Shown here: positions 47,320 to 56,644 of the stretch, one piece after another | How the letters are laid out: each line of letters opens with the position of its first letter | How positions within the stretch are numbered: position 1 is the stretch's first letter | Sequence record: OU343168.1 | DNA: 64,000 nt | Reading direction: 5' to 3' (one strand) | Position numbers and translations under genes: made by a program | Notes under the pieces: model-generated | What the model was told of the DNA's origin: nothing | Database searches by the model: none | What the model saw: the letters and a program-made list of their open reading frames with translations, nothing else

Positions 47320-49091
47320 TAGATAGTGATGCATGATATAAACTCACTATACAACTCCTATTGTATGCGGAAGTGTTCGCATTCGACCATAAGGAGTTGT
47401 AAAGATGCTAACGTGTTTTGGAAAGAAATACGTGTTGTCTACAACCAACACGGTTTACAATGTCACCGATAAGACAGATGTTCCAGTCCATCGGATGACA
47501 GACGGGAATACGTTCTTCATCGCACGGGGCGATGAAAACGAACTGGTTAAGATCAAACTGGGGTTAATGATCCTCCATGGAGAAGGAAAGTTCCATCTTC
47601 CTCTCTCTGAATGGGAACAGGTGAAAGTAGGTTTTCTGGATGACGATACAGGAAACTTTGCAGCGGATAACCTTTACTTGGTCTATCCTGAAGAGGGCAT
47701 CCCTTACCCTGAACTCTCTGGGTACTACTACATCCCTGGGTTTGAACTCAACGCAATCAACCGAGACGGTGTGGTATACCGAACAGTTAGAAAGAATCTT
47801 TACCCACCGTATCTGGGTGGTAACACCGTTCCTAACAGTTTCTACCCCTTTGTTCGACTGGATGTGGTCAGTGGGGATGAACGCAAGTATGTCCACCGGC
47901 TACTGGCGGAGACCTTCGGTAAGCCGCCTAAGGGCTACCCCAAGCTACTGGTCGACCATAATGACGGTAACAAGATGAACTTCAAGCTCTTTAACTTGAT
48001 TTGGGTTACCGCTAAGGACAACTCCTTCAAAGCGTACAACAATCAAGAAGCGAGAGCGGACAATAATCCCCTGGAGGTTTTTGACAGGGAATTAGGTCAA
48101 GTCTTTAAGTACGTCAGTCAAAATGAGTTTGCTAGAACCATGGAGGTGGATTCTTGGTGCATTGGTCTGGTGCTCAAACGTCCTCGCTCGGTGTACAAGA
48201 ACAGGTACGTTCTTCGTCGGAAGGGAGATACACGTGACTTCCAAGAGATCTGGGACTATAAGCCCCCTGTGGGTAAGAAGATCCTTGCCCGGAATGTCTT
48301 CACCGGTGAAATCACGGTGTATAATTCATTGGCGGAGGCCTCTAGAGCAACACAGGTAGGGACAACAGGCATCCTGACGTCCCTGAGTAACACCAACCCG
48401 AGATCCGCCTTTAAAGACCTTCAATTCAAGCGGGAGTCTGACGAGACCCCTTGGCCCGATTTGAATGAATACGAACTGGAATGCATCCGGCGCAAGATGC
48501 ACCCTGCTACAGCTGTGTATGAAATGTTTGATTCGGTAACCCAGGAGACGTCGATTGTGTATGGCGTTGATGCAGTTACCCGAATCACCGGAGCCAATCC
48601 CCGTACCGTTATCGTTTGCGCACGAGAAGGTAAGTTGCTCCATTCCCGTTATCGTTTCAAGAAACTTACACGTTAACGAGTTTATATCCATCACTTAGTC
48701 CGGCTAGGCACGAAAGTCCTAGACCGTATTCCTCTGAATTGCTGGGAGTTCACAAAAGTCTGTTGGCTACAACGTAACTGGAAACAGTAAGCGTGAATGC
48801 GACCGAAAGGTAGAAAGAACAACAGACCTGACCTACGCTAACCAATAACGCTAAGGGTCGTAAACAAGGGACAATCAGCCGCTAAGACGCTACCGGGTAT
48901 TAGACCCTATGCGTAAAGTTCAACGACTAAGGGAGTTATGACCCTGTACACCTACCAAGGAAGGGGGTGGAAGTGGAGGAGACCTAAGGGGGAATAGACC
49001 TATTCCCTACGGTCAAGATATAGTCTGGCCCTGTTTAATAAACAGGCAGGCACCTGAGTGTGCCGGGTCCTAGTACGGACTGACCACCGCG
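47320..49091 (+). mobile_element. Group I intron (1772 nt) with HNH gene in the P1 loop
   Basis: P GAATTGCTGGGA 48736, Q ACAATCAGCC 48871, R GTTCAACGACTA 48918, S AAGATATAGTCT 49015 (P7 GACUA/UAGUC); P1 GAU|UA pairs with UAGUC 48696-48700 giving a U.G pair; ends in G. Confidence 0.93.
47405..48676 (+). CDS. Intron-encoded NUMOD4/HNH homing endonuclease
   Basis: YVHRLLAETF...VDHNDGNKMN....NLIWVTAKDN; repeated C-terminal NUMOD1-like DNA-binding modules. Confidence 0.92.
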   Translation: MLTCFGKKYVLSTTNTVYNVTDKTDVPVHRMTDGNTFFIARGDENELVKIKLGLMILHGEGKFHLPLSEWEQVKVGFLDDDTGNFAADNLYLVYPEEGIPYPELSGYYYIPGFELNAINRDGVVYRTVRKNLYPPYLGGNTVPNSFYPFVRLDVVSGDERKYVHRLLAETFGKPPKGYPKLLVDHNDGNKMNFKLFNLIWVTAKDNSFKAYNNQEARADNNPLEVFDRELGQVFKYVSQNEFARTMEVDSWCIGLVLKRPRSVYKNRYVLRRKGDTRDFQEIWDYKPPVGKKILARNVFTGEITVYNSLAEASRATQVGTTGILTSLSNTNPRSAFKDLQFKRESDETPWPDLNEYELECIRRKMHPATAVYEMFDSVTQETSIVYGVDAVTRITGANPRTVIVCAREGKLLHSRYRFKKLTR

Positions 49092-49274
49092 GGCGATCAA
49101 TTGTCGAGCCATTCTGTTGTAGCGGAAGACAGCAAACAACAGGCCTACGAACTCTTTGGGAAACGGGAGTATTACATCAGTGGTACAGGTCGGTTTTTGT
49201 ATGATCCGATCAATGAACCGATTCTCTTTATGTTTAAAGCAGCGACGAGCGGCTTAGAGGATATTGAGGTATGA
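49092..49274 (+). CDS. rpoC: RNAP beta' fragment exon 2 (60 aa; not in the ORF track)
   Basis: GGC GAT CAA... (GDQLSSHSVV...EDIEV*) completes DHD|GD; its stop overlaps the next ATG (ATGA); spliced product 541 aa. Confidence 0.9.
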   Translation, partial: GDQLSSHSVVAEDSKQQAYELFGKREYYISGTGRFLYDPINEPILFMFKAATSGLEDIEV

Positions 49275-52200
49275 GCAATCCAATTACGTATTCCGAGTTC
49301 TTTAAGCACTTTGTGCTGCGTAAGAAACAAGACGTTGTAAACCCTAAAGTCCTGGGTATTGGTGAAGTGATCCTTCCTAAGGGGAGTTTGCTGCACTTCG
49401 TACCGAAGACGGTTAATGAAAAGGGACCGGGTAGTAGTGAAGCGTTTATCAGTAACTTCCCTAAAGAGGTCTTTATTGAGTTTGTAAGGGACGGGTATAA
49501 GCCGGTGATGGGGCATGGGCGGGTAGTCGCCTATGACTACCCTAAGGCGGTTAAGGCGTACCGGGCGAGTCACTACATGTACAGCTGGGTGCGTGAGATC
49601 AGCACGGTGTACAACAAAGAGAACGTGCTAGTCGTTAAGAACTACGGGATGATTCCTCAGGGGTTCGTTTACCGTCCGAGTATTTTCGTGAATTATGAAA
49701 AATACTACAACATGATGCACCTGCTCATTGAGAACATCAATGCGGAAGCCGAGAAAGGGGTGCGTCGGCAGTATATGCGGATTGACCTGCCGTTGAACCT
49801 ACCGTCCCTGGTTGAGCTTGAGAAAGACTACGGACGGTTTATTGATGGGTTTAAGGACGGGCATCCTGTCCTGATGCGCAACATGCTGGAGAGTACGAAG
49901 GCTGAGAACTGCTATTGGCTGTTGGACCTACTGGGGTTCCTGTTTGGCCAGTATTCGTTCAGTTTGTTCGGTAAACTCACCGACCAGGCGTATAAGGATT
50001 TGCATATCCTCTTTACGTCACAAAGTAAAGTCATTGTGGTACAACTGGGGCTGTTGAAGGGTTGGTTAGATGAGACAAATCCTAAAGACGAGAAAACCTA
50101 CCCCTCTGCTCGGAAAGAGTTTGAAAGTCTGAAGACATTGACCCGCCATAATGCGGTTAAACGTTTCTATTTGGCTTTGATGAATCTTTCTCGTGGAGGC
50201 GTTCCTGAGAATGTACTCATTAAAGAGGAAACGAAAAATGTCATCCCAATTGCCGGAGAGAAAGGTACCGTTGACCAAGTGGCTGCGGGAACGTCACGAG
50301 AAGAAGAAGAAGAAACATCCAATCTTCCAGAAACCCGAGACCATACTGGCTCGGGCACGGTTCCCCGTGCTGATCGTCCTGCTGGTTCTATCCTTGATGT
50401 TTTCAGCCGAAGTGAAGGACCTGGCGAGGCACATGACGAAGAGCAAGACACAGCGGGAGAACGAGGTGCTGATTCAAATCTTGAAGAGTGGACATCGCCG
50501 GTAGATGATAAACTGCTGGAGGTGGAGAAAGTCCAAACCGAGATCAATACCAACAAGAATGTGTTTAAGACGCCTGAGAGTGGTGTAAAGCGGGCGTTGG
50601 AGGAGCGGGCTAAGGAAGGTACGCTGACGGTGGCTGAACATGATTTCTTCATGCGTAAAGCGACCCGTTATCAGCACATTGAAATGGAGAACGGTCAAAC
50701 GTTCGAAGAGTTCATTCAGATCAAACCCGAAGAGGTTAAAGACCTGGGTGGAGAGATTGAAGGTGAGTTTCTCCCCGTACTGGATGAGAGCATGTTGCGG
50801 AGTCGTGCTAAATCCCTCAAGATCGAGTATCCTCAGAAGTTTTTACACCGGGATATTGGTCGAATGGTGTTGGGTCTTCAGAACGCTGGCTTTGCGATGA
50901 ACGACTACCGGCGTGAGAAGGTCGTCAGCGTAGAAGGCAGTTACGAGGTCCACAGCATTCAGTTGCACGAAGTCAATGGTGATCAGGTCACTGTACATAC
51001 TCGGTTGCCCACGGTGCTGAAAGACGGTACGTACGTCATTGATGGTGTTAAGCAACACATGCAACTGCAACGTCGGGAGAAACCCTTCCGGAAGATCAGT
51101 CCTCGGGAAGTGGTACTGTCGAGCTACTACGACCGTAAGCTCATGGTGAGTCGTAGTCCGAAGATGGTGGATAACCTCTCTACGTTCATGGTGAAGCAAA
51201 TCTCCCTCCAGAGTAAGCGGAAAGGCTATACGGTCACTAAAGGCAGTACCTGGGATCGTTCCCTTAAAGCCCCCCGGATTTACAGCATTCTGGCTCGTCA
51301 GTACAAGTACATTACTGTCGACGGGTTGGTATTGGACTTCCGGTTGAAGGATCTCCTGGAACTCCACCCTGAGTTCAAAGCCTATACCCGCCCTGATCGG
51401 TTCTTGATTGGGGTAAAAGACGGATTACCTTTGATCATTGATGATTACGGTAACCTGTACAAAGGGGAAGAGGAGCTCGGTACCGTTGAAGACTTGCTCG
51501 GTATTGATGTTCGTAAAGCGCCTTTGGAACACGTGGTGATTAACATCAGCGGGTATTCGTTTCCGTTGGGAGTGGTCCTGTGCTTCTACTTCGGTATTGA
51601 TGAACTGTTGCGGGTGATTAAAGCCACGACACGTTCGGTACCCGTAGGGACTCGCCCTAAATTGACGGAGGATGAATACGCGATTCAGTTCAATGACGAA
51701 TACCTGATCTTTAACCGTCGGGAGAAGCTCACCACGTTGATCTTCGGTGGAATGCCGAAGTTGAACAACATCAGTAACTTCAGTCGGAGTGATTTGAATA
51801 ATAACAGTATCTGGAGTGCATTGATGGGAGACCCGCGGGTTCGTCCATCTCAGTTCCAGGAAATGAAGAACCTCTTCGATCTCTTTATCGATCCCATTAC
51901 GAAAGACCTCTTGAAAGAGATGAAGCTGTCTGAAGACTTCCATTACTTGCTGATTGATGCGGCTAAGGCATTGGAAACGGATTACAGTCGACACGAGGTG
52001 GAGATTGAAGAGCAACGCATTGTAGGGTATGAACGCTTCGCGGGTCATCTCTACACGGAATTTGTAAAGTCCATTCGTCAATACCGGAATAAAGGGAAAG
52101 GACGTAAACACAAACTGGACTTTAATCCGGATGCGGTTATTATTGCCATTGGTACTGACCGGTCTACGAACTTGGTGGAAGAAGTGAATCCGGTTCACCA

Positions 52201-52471
52201 AGTGAAGGACCAAGAGGAAGTGACGTTTGGGGGTACGGGTGGTCGTAGTGAAATCACCATGGTCAAACGCGCACGGACTCAGCTGGAGAGTTACAAAGGG
52301 GTCATCAGTGAAGCCAACAAGGACAGTGGTAAAGTGGGGTATGTGACCTACACCACCTCTGATCCGGGTATCGCTGATTTCCGAGGCAATGTTGATCCCA
52401 AGAACAAACGTACTCCTACCGGTGACGGTTCGGTAACTATGAACCTGATGTACGGTGGAACGCATGACGAT
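49271..52471 (+). CDS. rpoB: Virion RNA polymerase beta subunit (phiKZ gp178-like), exon 1
   Basis: EEVNPVHQ...EEVTFGGTGG, EANKDSGKVG beta motifs; ends ...GGTHDD at the splice site. Confidence 0.9.
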
Positions 52472-52886
52472 TGAGCTGTTGTGAAAACAATAGATCACTC
52501 AGTCCAACCAGGGAGTAATCCCTTGTTGCCATTACCTTTAATTGCGGGAACCTACTGAGAGCCTTATCTACCAAACCCGAGCAGGAAACCAACGGGTGGC
52601 CAACCATAACGGGTTGGGGACGGTAATAACGATAAGGATTGGGGAACCCTACGCAGCGAAGCACCTACGTATTGTCGAGAGGACAAGATAGGGTGAACGT
52701 TCAACGACTACGGATGAAATTTCCGGTAGAGGTGTCAGGATGATACTTCCAAAAGTAAGGTTGCCCTGTATGCTTGAGGTGTGAATAACACTGAGTACAG
52801 GGATGAAATATAGTCTCGTCATCTAAGGGAAAACCTTAGAGCGTGGTGCTACGCGCACCGGCGGATAGGATATCCGTGAAGAAACG
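52472..52886 (+). ncRNA. ORF-less group I intron (415 nt)
   Basis: P AATTGCGGGAA 52540, Q ACGCAGCGAAG about 52651, R GTTCAACGACTA 52699, S GAAATATAGTCT 52805; P1 GAU|UGAG pairs with CUCAGUC; ends ...AAACG. Confidence 0.93.
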
Positions 52887-54005
52887 GTCAAACGAGCAGT
52901 ATTCACATCGACTCAGGCCTCTCAAGCAGTGATGGCTAAGAACTACGAGATCGTTACCCTGAGAACGGGTTACGAGAATGTACTGGCTCACCGGACCTCT
53001 GACCTCTACAGCAAAGTAGCCGCTGAAGATGGTAAGGTCACTAAAGTGGAGAACGATCGCTTACTCGTCGAATACAAGGACGGAACAACGGACTCGTATC
53101 CCTTGGGGTTGGTGATTGGGGAAGCCAGTGGGGAATATCATCCCCACAGCCGTACCACAGATCTGAAGGTCGGAGATACCTTCCGTAAGGGAGATGTCAT
53201 CGGTTGGGATGAAAACTGGTTCGGTCGAGATCCCTTCTGCCCAGGGCAAGTCGGGGTTAAGATGGGTAAAATGTGCCAGATCGTTATGGTGGAAGATCAG
53301 GATGTGTACGAGGACTCTATTGCAATTTCGAAAGAATTGGCGATGGAAGCACGTACCCCATTCATTAAACCCAGTCGGTTTGCCGAGGACGTGTCAAACA
53401 ACCTGGTAATGCGGGTTAAGGTAGGAGATTACGTCGAACAGGACACGATTTTATGTGATATCGAAGAGCCTCACTTGGTGGAGGGCGAGGAGCTTCCTGA
53501 GCTCGAAGCAGACATCAACAAACTCGGTATCAAACAGATCCGTTCGAAGCATCATGGAAAGATCGTACACATCGATGTTCGGTACAACTCTCCCTTAGAC
53601 AAGATGTCTGACTCGTTCCGTTCGTTCATTGTTCAGAAGGATAAGGAAACGAAACGGAAAGGGTTGGTGGAAGGAACCGGTGTCGAGAACAATGCCATTT
53701 CCACGATGTTCAATCTTAATCGTCCCATGTTAGGTCCAGGTAAGGCGTTCATTACGTTCTACATCGAGTCGTTAGACCCGAGTACCAATGCGGATAAGTA
53801 TGTCATTGGGAACCAGATGAAAGCCACTGTGGGTCGTATCATGGAAAGACCGCTTAAGACCGCCAGTGGGATTGTCATTGATGTGAAGTCGAGCTTTAAA
53901 GGGATGTTTAACCGAATGGTGCTCAGTTTGAGGAACAAGCTGGTTGCTAACGAGTATGGTTACCAAATCACTCGCCAGGCCATTAAACTCTACAGAGGTA
54001 AATAA
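52887..54005 (+). CDS. rpoB: Virion RNAP beta subunit, exon 2
   Basis: VKRAVFTSTQASQAV joins HDD to mirror bacterial HDDANRALMGSNMQRQAV; YEDSIAIS and ADKYVIGNQMKAT motifs; spliced product 1439 aa. Confidence 0.9.
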   Translation, partial: VKRAVFTSTQASQAVMAKNYEIVTLRTGYENVLAHRTSDLYSKVAAEDGKVTKVENDRLLVEYKDGTTDSYPLGLVIGEASGEYHPHSRTTDLKVGDTFRKGDVIGWDENWFGRDPFCPGQVGVKMGKMCQIVMVEDQDVYEDSIAISKELAMEARTPFIKPSRFAEDVSNNLVMRVKVGDYVEQDTILCDIEEPHLVEGEELPELEADINKLGIKQIRSKHHGKIVHIDVRYNSPLDKMSDSFRSFIVQKDKETKRKGLVEGTGVENNAISTMFNLNRPMLGPGKAFITFYIESLDPSTNADKYVIGNQMKATVGRIMERPLKTASGIVIDVKSSFKGMFNRMVLSLRNKLVANEYGYQITRQAIKLYRGK

Positions 54006-54007
54006 CG

Positions 54008-54886
54008 ATGAACTTCCGGACGAAGAACGGTTACCGAGACCTGCAAGCGTTGGTTAAGGAACTGGGTCTTTATACCGGGCAGATTGACGGTGTGTGGGGG
54101 AAGGGAACTTCCTCCTCCACTGAAACCCTGCTCCGGGGGTATGCCGAGGTGGTGGGTAAGAATACCGGAGGTATCGGTCTCCCCACCACCTCGGATGCCA
54201 GTGGTTATAACGTCATTACAGCGCTCCAGCGTAATCTGGCCTTCTTGGGTCTCTATTCCCTGACTGTGGATGGTATTTGGGGGAATGGGACCTTGAGTGG
54301 CTTGGATAAGGCATTCGAGGTGTACAAGGAGCGTTACCGCACGCCGACCTACGACATTGCGTGGAGCGGTAAAGTCAGTCCTGCCTTTACGGCGAAAGTG
54401 AAGGATTGGTGCGGCGTTCATGTGCCGAATCACCGAGCTCCTCATTGGCTGATGGCCTGTATGGCTTTTGAGACCGGCCAGACATTCAGCCCGTCTATTA
54501 AGAATGCGGCGGGTTCTGAAGCGTATGGGTTGATTCAATTCATGAGCCCAGCCGCCAATGATTTGAATGTTCCGTTGAGTGTGATTCGATCTATGGATCA
54601 GCTGACTCAATTGGACCTGGTCTTTAAGTACTTCGAAATGTGGATGAAACGGGGTAAGCGTTATACCCAGCTGGAAGATTTCTATTTGACGATCTTCCAT
54701 CCGGCCTCAGTAGGTAAGAAGGCTGATGAAGTCCTCTTCCTTCAGGGGAGTAAAGCGTATCTCCAGAACAAGGGGTTCGATGTAGATAAGGATGGTAAGA
54801 TCACCCTGGGTGAAATTTCTTCTACATTGTACACCACGTATTACAAAGGTCTGTTGCCTGAAAATCGTCACGTTATTTCGTATTGA
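54008..54886 (+). CDS. Modular endolysin (EL188-type): two PG-binding repeats plus lysozyme-like catalytic domain
   Basis: IDGVWGKGT and VDGIWGNGT repeats; MAFETGQTFSP..AYGLIQFM; 292 aa matching my recollection of EL188. Confidence 0.95.
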   Translation: MNFRTKNGYRDLQALVKELGLYTGQIDGVWGKGTSSSTETLLRGYAEVVGKNTGGIGLPTTSDASGYNVITALQRNLAFLGLYSLTVDGIWGNGTLSGLDKAFEVYKERYRTPTYDIAWSGKVSPAFTAKVKDWCGVHVPNHRAPHWLMACMAFETGQTFSPSIKNAAGSEAYGLIQFMSPAANDLNVPLSVIRSMDQLTQLDLVFKYFEMWMKRGKRYTQLEDFYLTIFHPASVGKKADEVLFLQGSKAYLQNKGFDVDKDGKITLGEISSTLYTTYYKGLLPENRHVISY

Positions 54887-54917
54887 TTCACCTTCTTTTC
54901 CGTAGGAGAGTTTCCCT

Positions 54918-55094
54918 GTGAAAGCAGAACTAATCAACAATGTCATTGCACTGGCGAATACCGCGGAGTTCGTTAAACAGACGATCCGTAAGGTAGGACT
55001 GGAGTACATTGCGCCGCTGGATCCCAGTATTCAGGCTGAGAAGATCAGCAAGGCCCTCACGAAGCGTGTTGTTAAACAAGGAGCGAACCAATGA
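54918..55094 (+). CDS. Small hypothetical protein (58 aa; not in the ORF track)
   Basis: AGGAG SD, GTG start, stop overlaps the next ATG (ATGA). Confidence 0.65.
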   Translation: MKAELINNVIALANTAEFVKQTIRKVGLEYIAPLDPSIQAEKISKALTKRVVKQGANQ

Positions 55095-56641
55095 TCAGTA
55101 AGGACAGCCTGGCGTTGGCAGAGAACATCGCCGTCGCGCTCCCTGAAGGCACTGTAGTCCCATCCACCCCGATCCTTCAGGGGTTGAATACCCTGAGTTA
55201 TGGGGCGTTCCCGTACGAGGAGGACTTCCGGGATAAGGTGGTTGAAGTGACTTCCGAGATCACGGAGCATTCGGCAGCGATTGAGGCGGGGAGTGACAAA
55301 GCCGCTGAGACCATCCGCGGTGCGTTCGAGATGGTGAAGTCCTACGGCGTCCCGATGGCGGACGCCGTCCAGGAGAAAGTGGGTCTGCTGTACAGCCGAG
55401 GTGATCTGAACTGGGCGTCGTTGCGTCATTTCAATATCACGTACATCAATGTCTCGGATCCGTTCTTTGACTCGGCTATTTATCCTACTGAAGTCAAGAA
55501 CAAGGCGTTGTCGTTTGACAGTGTGGGTCTGGATGTCCTGAAACGGTTGGAGTTTGAATTCGCAACGGAACAGGAGATCCGGGATTACGTGGCAACGTCT
55601 CACCCAGAGATTAATGCCATCCTGGATTCCAAACTCGAAGACATCGTGTACGCGTTCTACGCGATTACGATGCTGGCCGATCTCAAATCCCTTTTCCACT
55701 ACAAGGGTGAGGCGACCTTTGACTTCACGCGTGTGAAATCGGTACGCCTTAACCTGCTGCTGAAGACCTACGTGATCTTGACGAAGATGTACAGTCAGGA
55801 AGACCCGGCGTTCCTGGTTAAGGGGTCGTTGGAGGATTACCGGGAGTATATCAACCTGCTGTGGAATGGGATGACCCATTACCTCATTGCGTTGAAGAAC
55901 ACGGTTCAACTTTACCGTAACCGTAAAGCGGCTATCTACGAGGCTGAAGCCTCTAAGTTGGTGGACTTTAAACCAGTTGATGCCCTGGACGTTACCGTTA
56001 AGGGATTGAGTGGTAATGTCGTCGTGTATTACAGTGATGAGGTCCTCAAGACGGTAACCGGTAATGGGGGGAGTTTGAACGACTGTGTGATCGCCTCGAT
56101 CTATGGGCGTCTCACCGGTCGTCCGAATGGCTTCCTGGACCTCATCAATAACCCTGACCTGGTTAAAGACTTGACGGCTAACTACTTCGAGGGTATTCAC
56201 CGTCCACTGAACCAAGATGCCCGTAAACATTTCATTAACAACAGTGTTGGGGCTATTGTTCAGTTCCTGAATGAACGGGAAGAGGCTCGGGCGGCGTTGT
56301 ATGAGCATTTGGATGCAGAAGGCTCTTCGGTCCGTACCCTCATTGAAGAGAACCTGAGCGGCGACCTGGACGTTCTCTACACCCTCTACGAGAATGATGT
56401 CCGCAAGAGCAGTGGCGTTGAACCTGTGAGCATGGAGATTGAGGCTCAACGGGCGAAAGAGGTCATCTTCCAAACCAAACTCGTCCCTAACTTCTTGAAG
56501 TTGTTGGGGTGTGAACTGGCTGCGGAGATCATTGAGCTGACCTTTGTTAAGCTCGGTGAGGAAGACAACCTCAACAGCAAGCGTGAACGCCTCCATGGGG
56601 CGTTGATTGAACTGCTGGTGGGTGAACTGCTGGGAGTTTAA
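55091..56641 (+). CDS. Core virion protein (phiKZ gp177-like by gene order)
   Basis: 516-aa ORF between the RNAP and protease genes. Confidence 0.55.
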   Translation: MISKDSLALAENIAVALPEGTVVPSTPILQGLNTLSYGAFPYEEDFRDKVVEVTSEITEHSAAIEAGSDKAAETIRGAFEMVKSYGVPMADAVQEKVGLLYSRGDLNWASLRHFNITYINVSDPFFDSAIYPTEVKNKALSFDSVGLDVLKRLEFEFATEQEIRDYVATSHPEINAILDSKLEDIVYAFYAITMLADLKSLFHYKGEATFDFTRVKSVRLNLLLKTYVILTKMYSQEDPAFLVKGSLEDYREYINLLWNGMTHYLIALKNTVQLYRNRKAAIYEAEASKLVDFKPVDALDVTVKGLSGNVVVYYSDEVLKTVTGNGGSLNDCVIASIYGRLTGRPNGFLDLINNPDLVKDLTANYFEGIHRPLNQDARKHFINNSVGAIVQFLNEREEARAALYEHLDAEGSSVRTLIEENLSGDLDVLYTLYENDVRKSSGVEPVSMEIEAQRAKEVIFQTKLVPNFLKLLGCELAAEIIELTFVKLGEEDNLNSKRERLHGALIELLVGELLGV

Positions 56642-56644
56642 TGA

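Noticed and set aside
47320-47322. TAG readthrough, recoding or pseudogenisation of beta'
   Set aside because: A group I intron with correct P1 and omega-G restores the frame exactly; other genes use TAG as a normal stop
48690-49090. tRNA or other ncRNA in the structured spacers (also 52480-52886)
   Set aside because: No cloverleaf or TTCGA T-loop; the structure is explained by the intron cores
52472-52928. Natural split of beta into two genes, or a frameshift
   Set aside because: The spacer contains full group I core elements, and splicing restores a colinear beta motif
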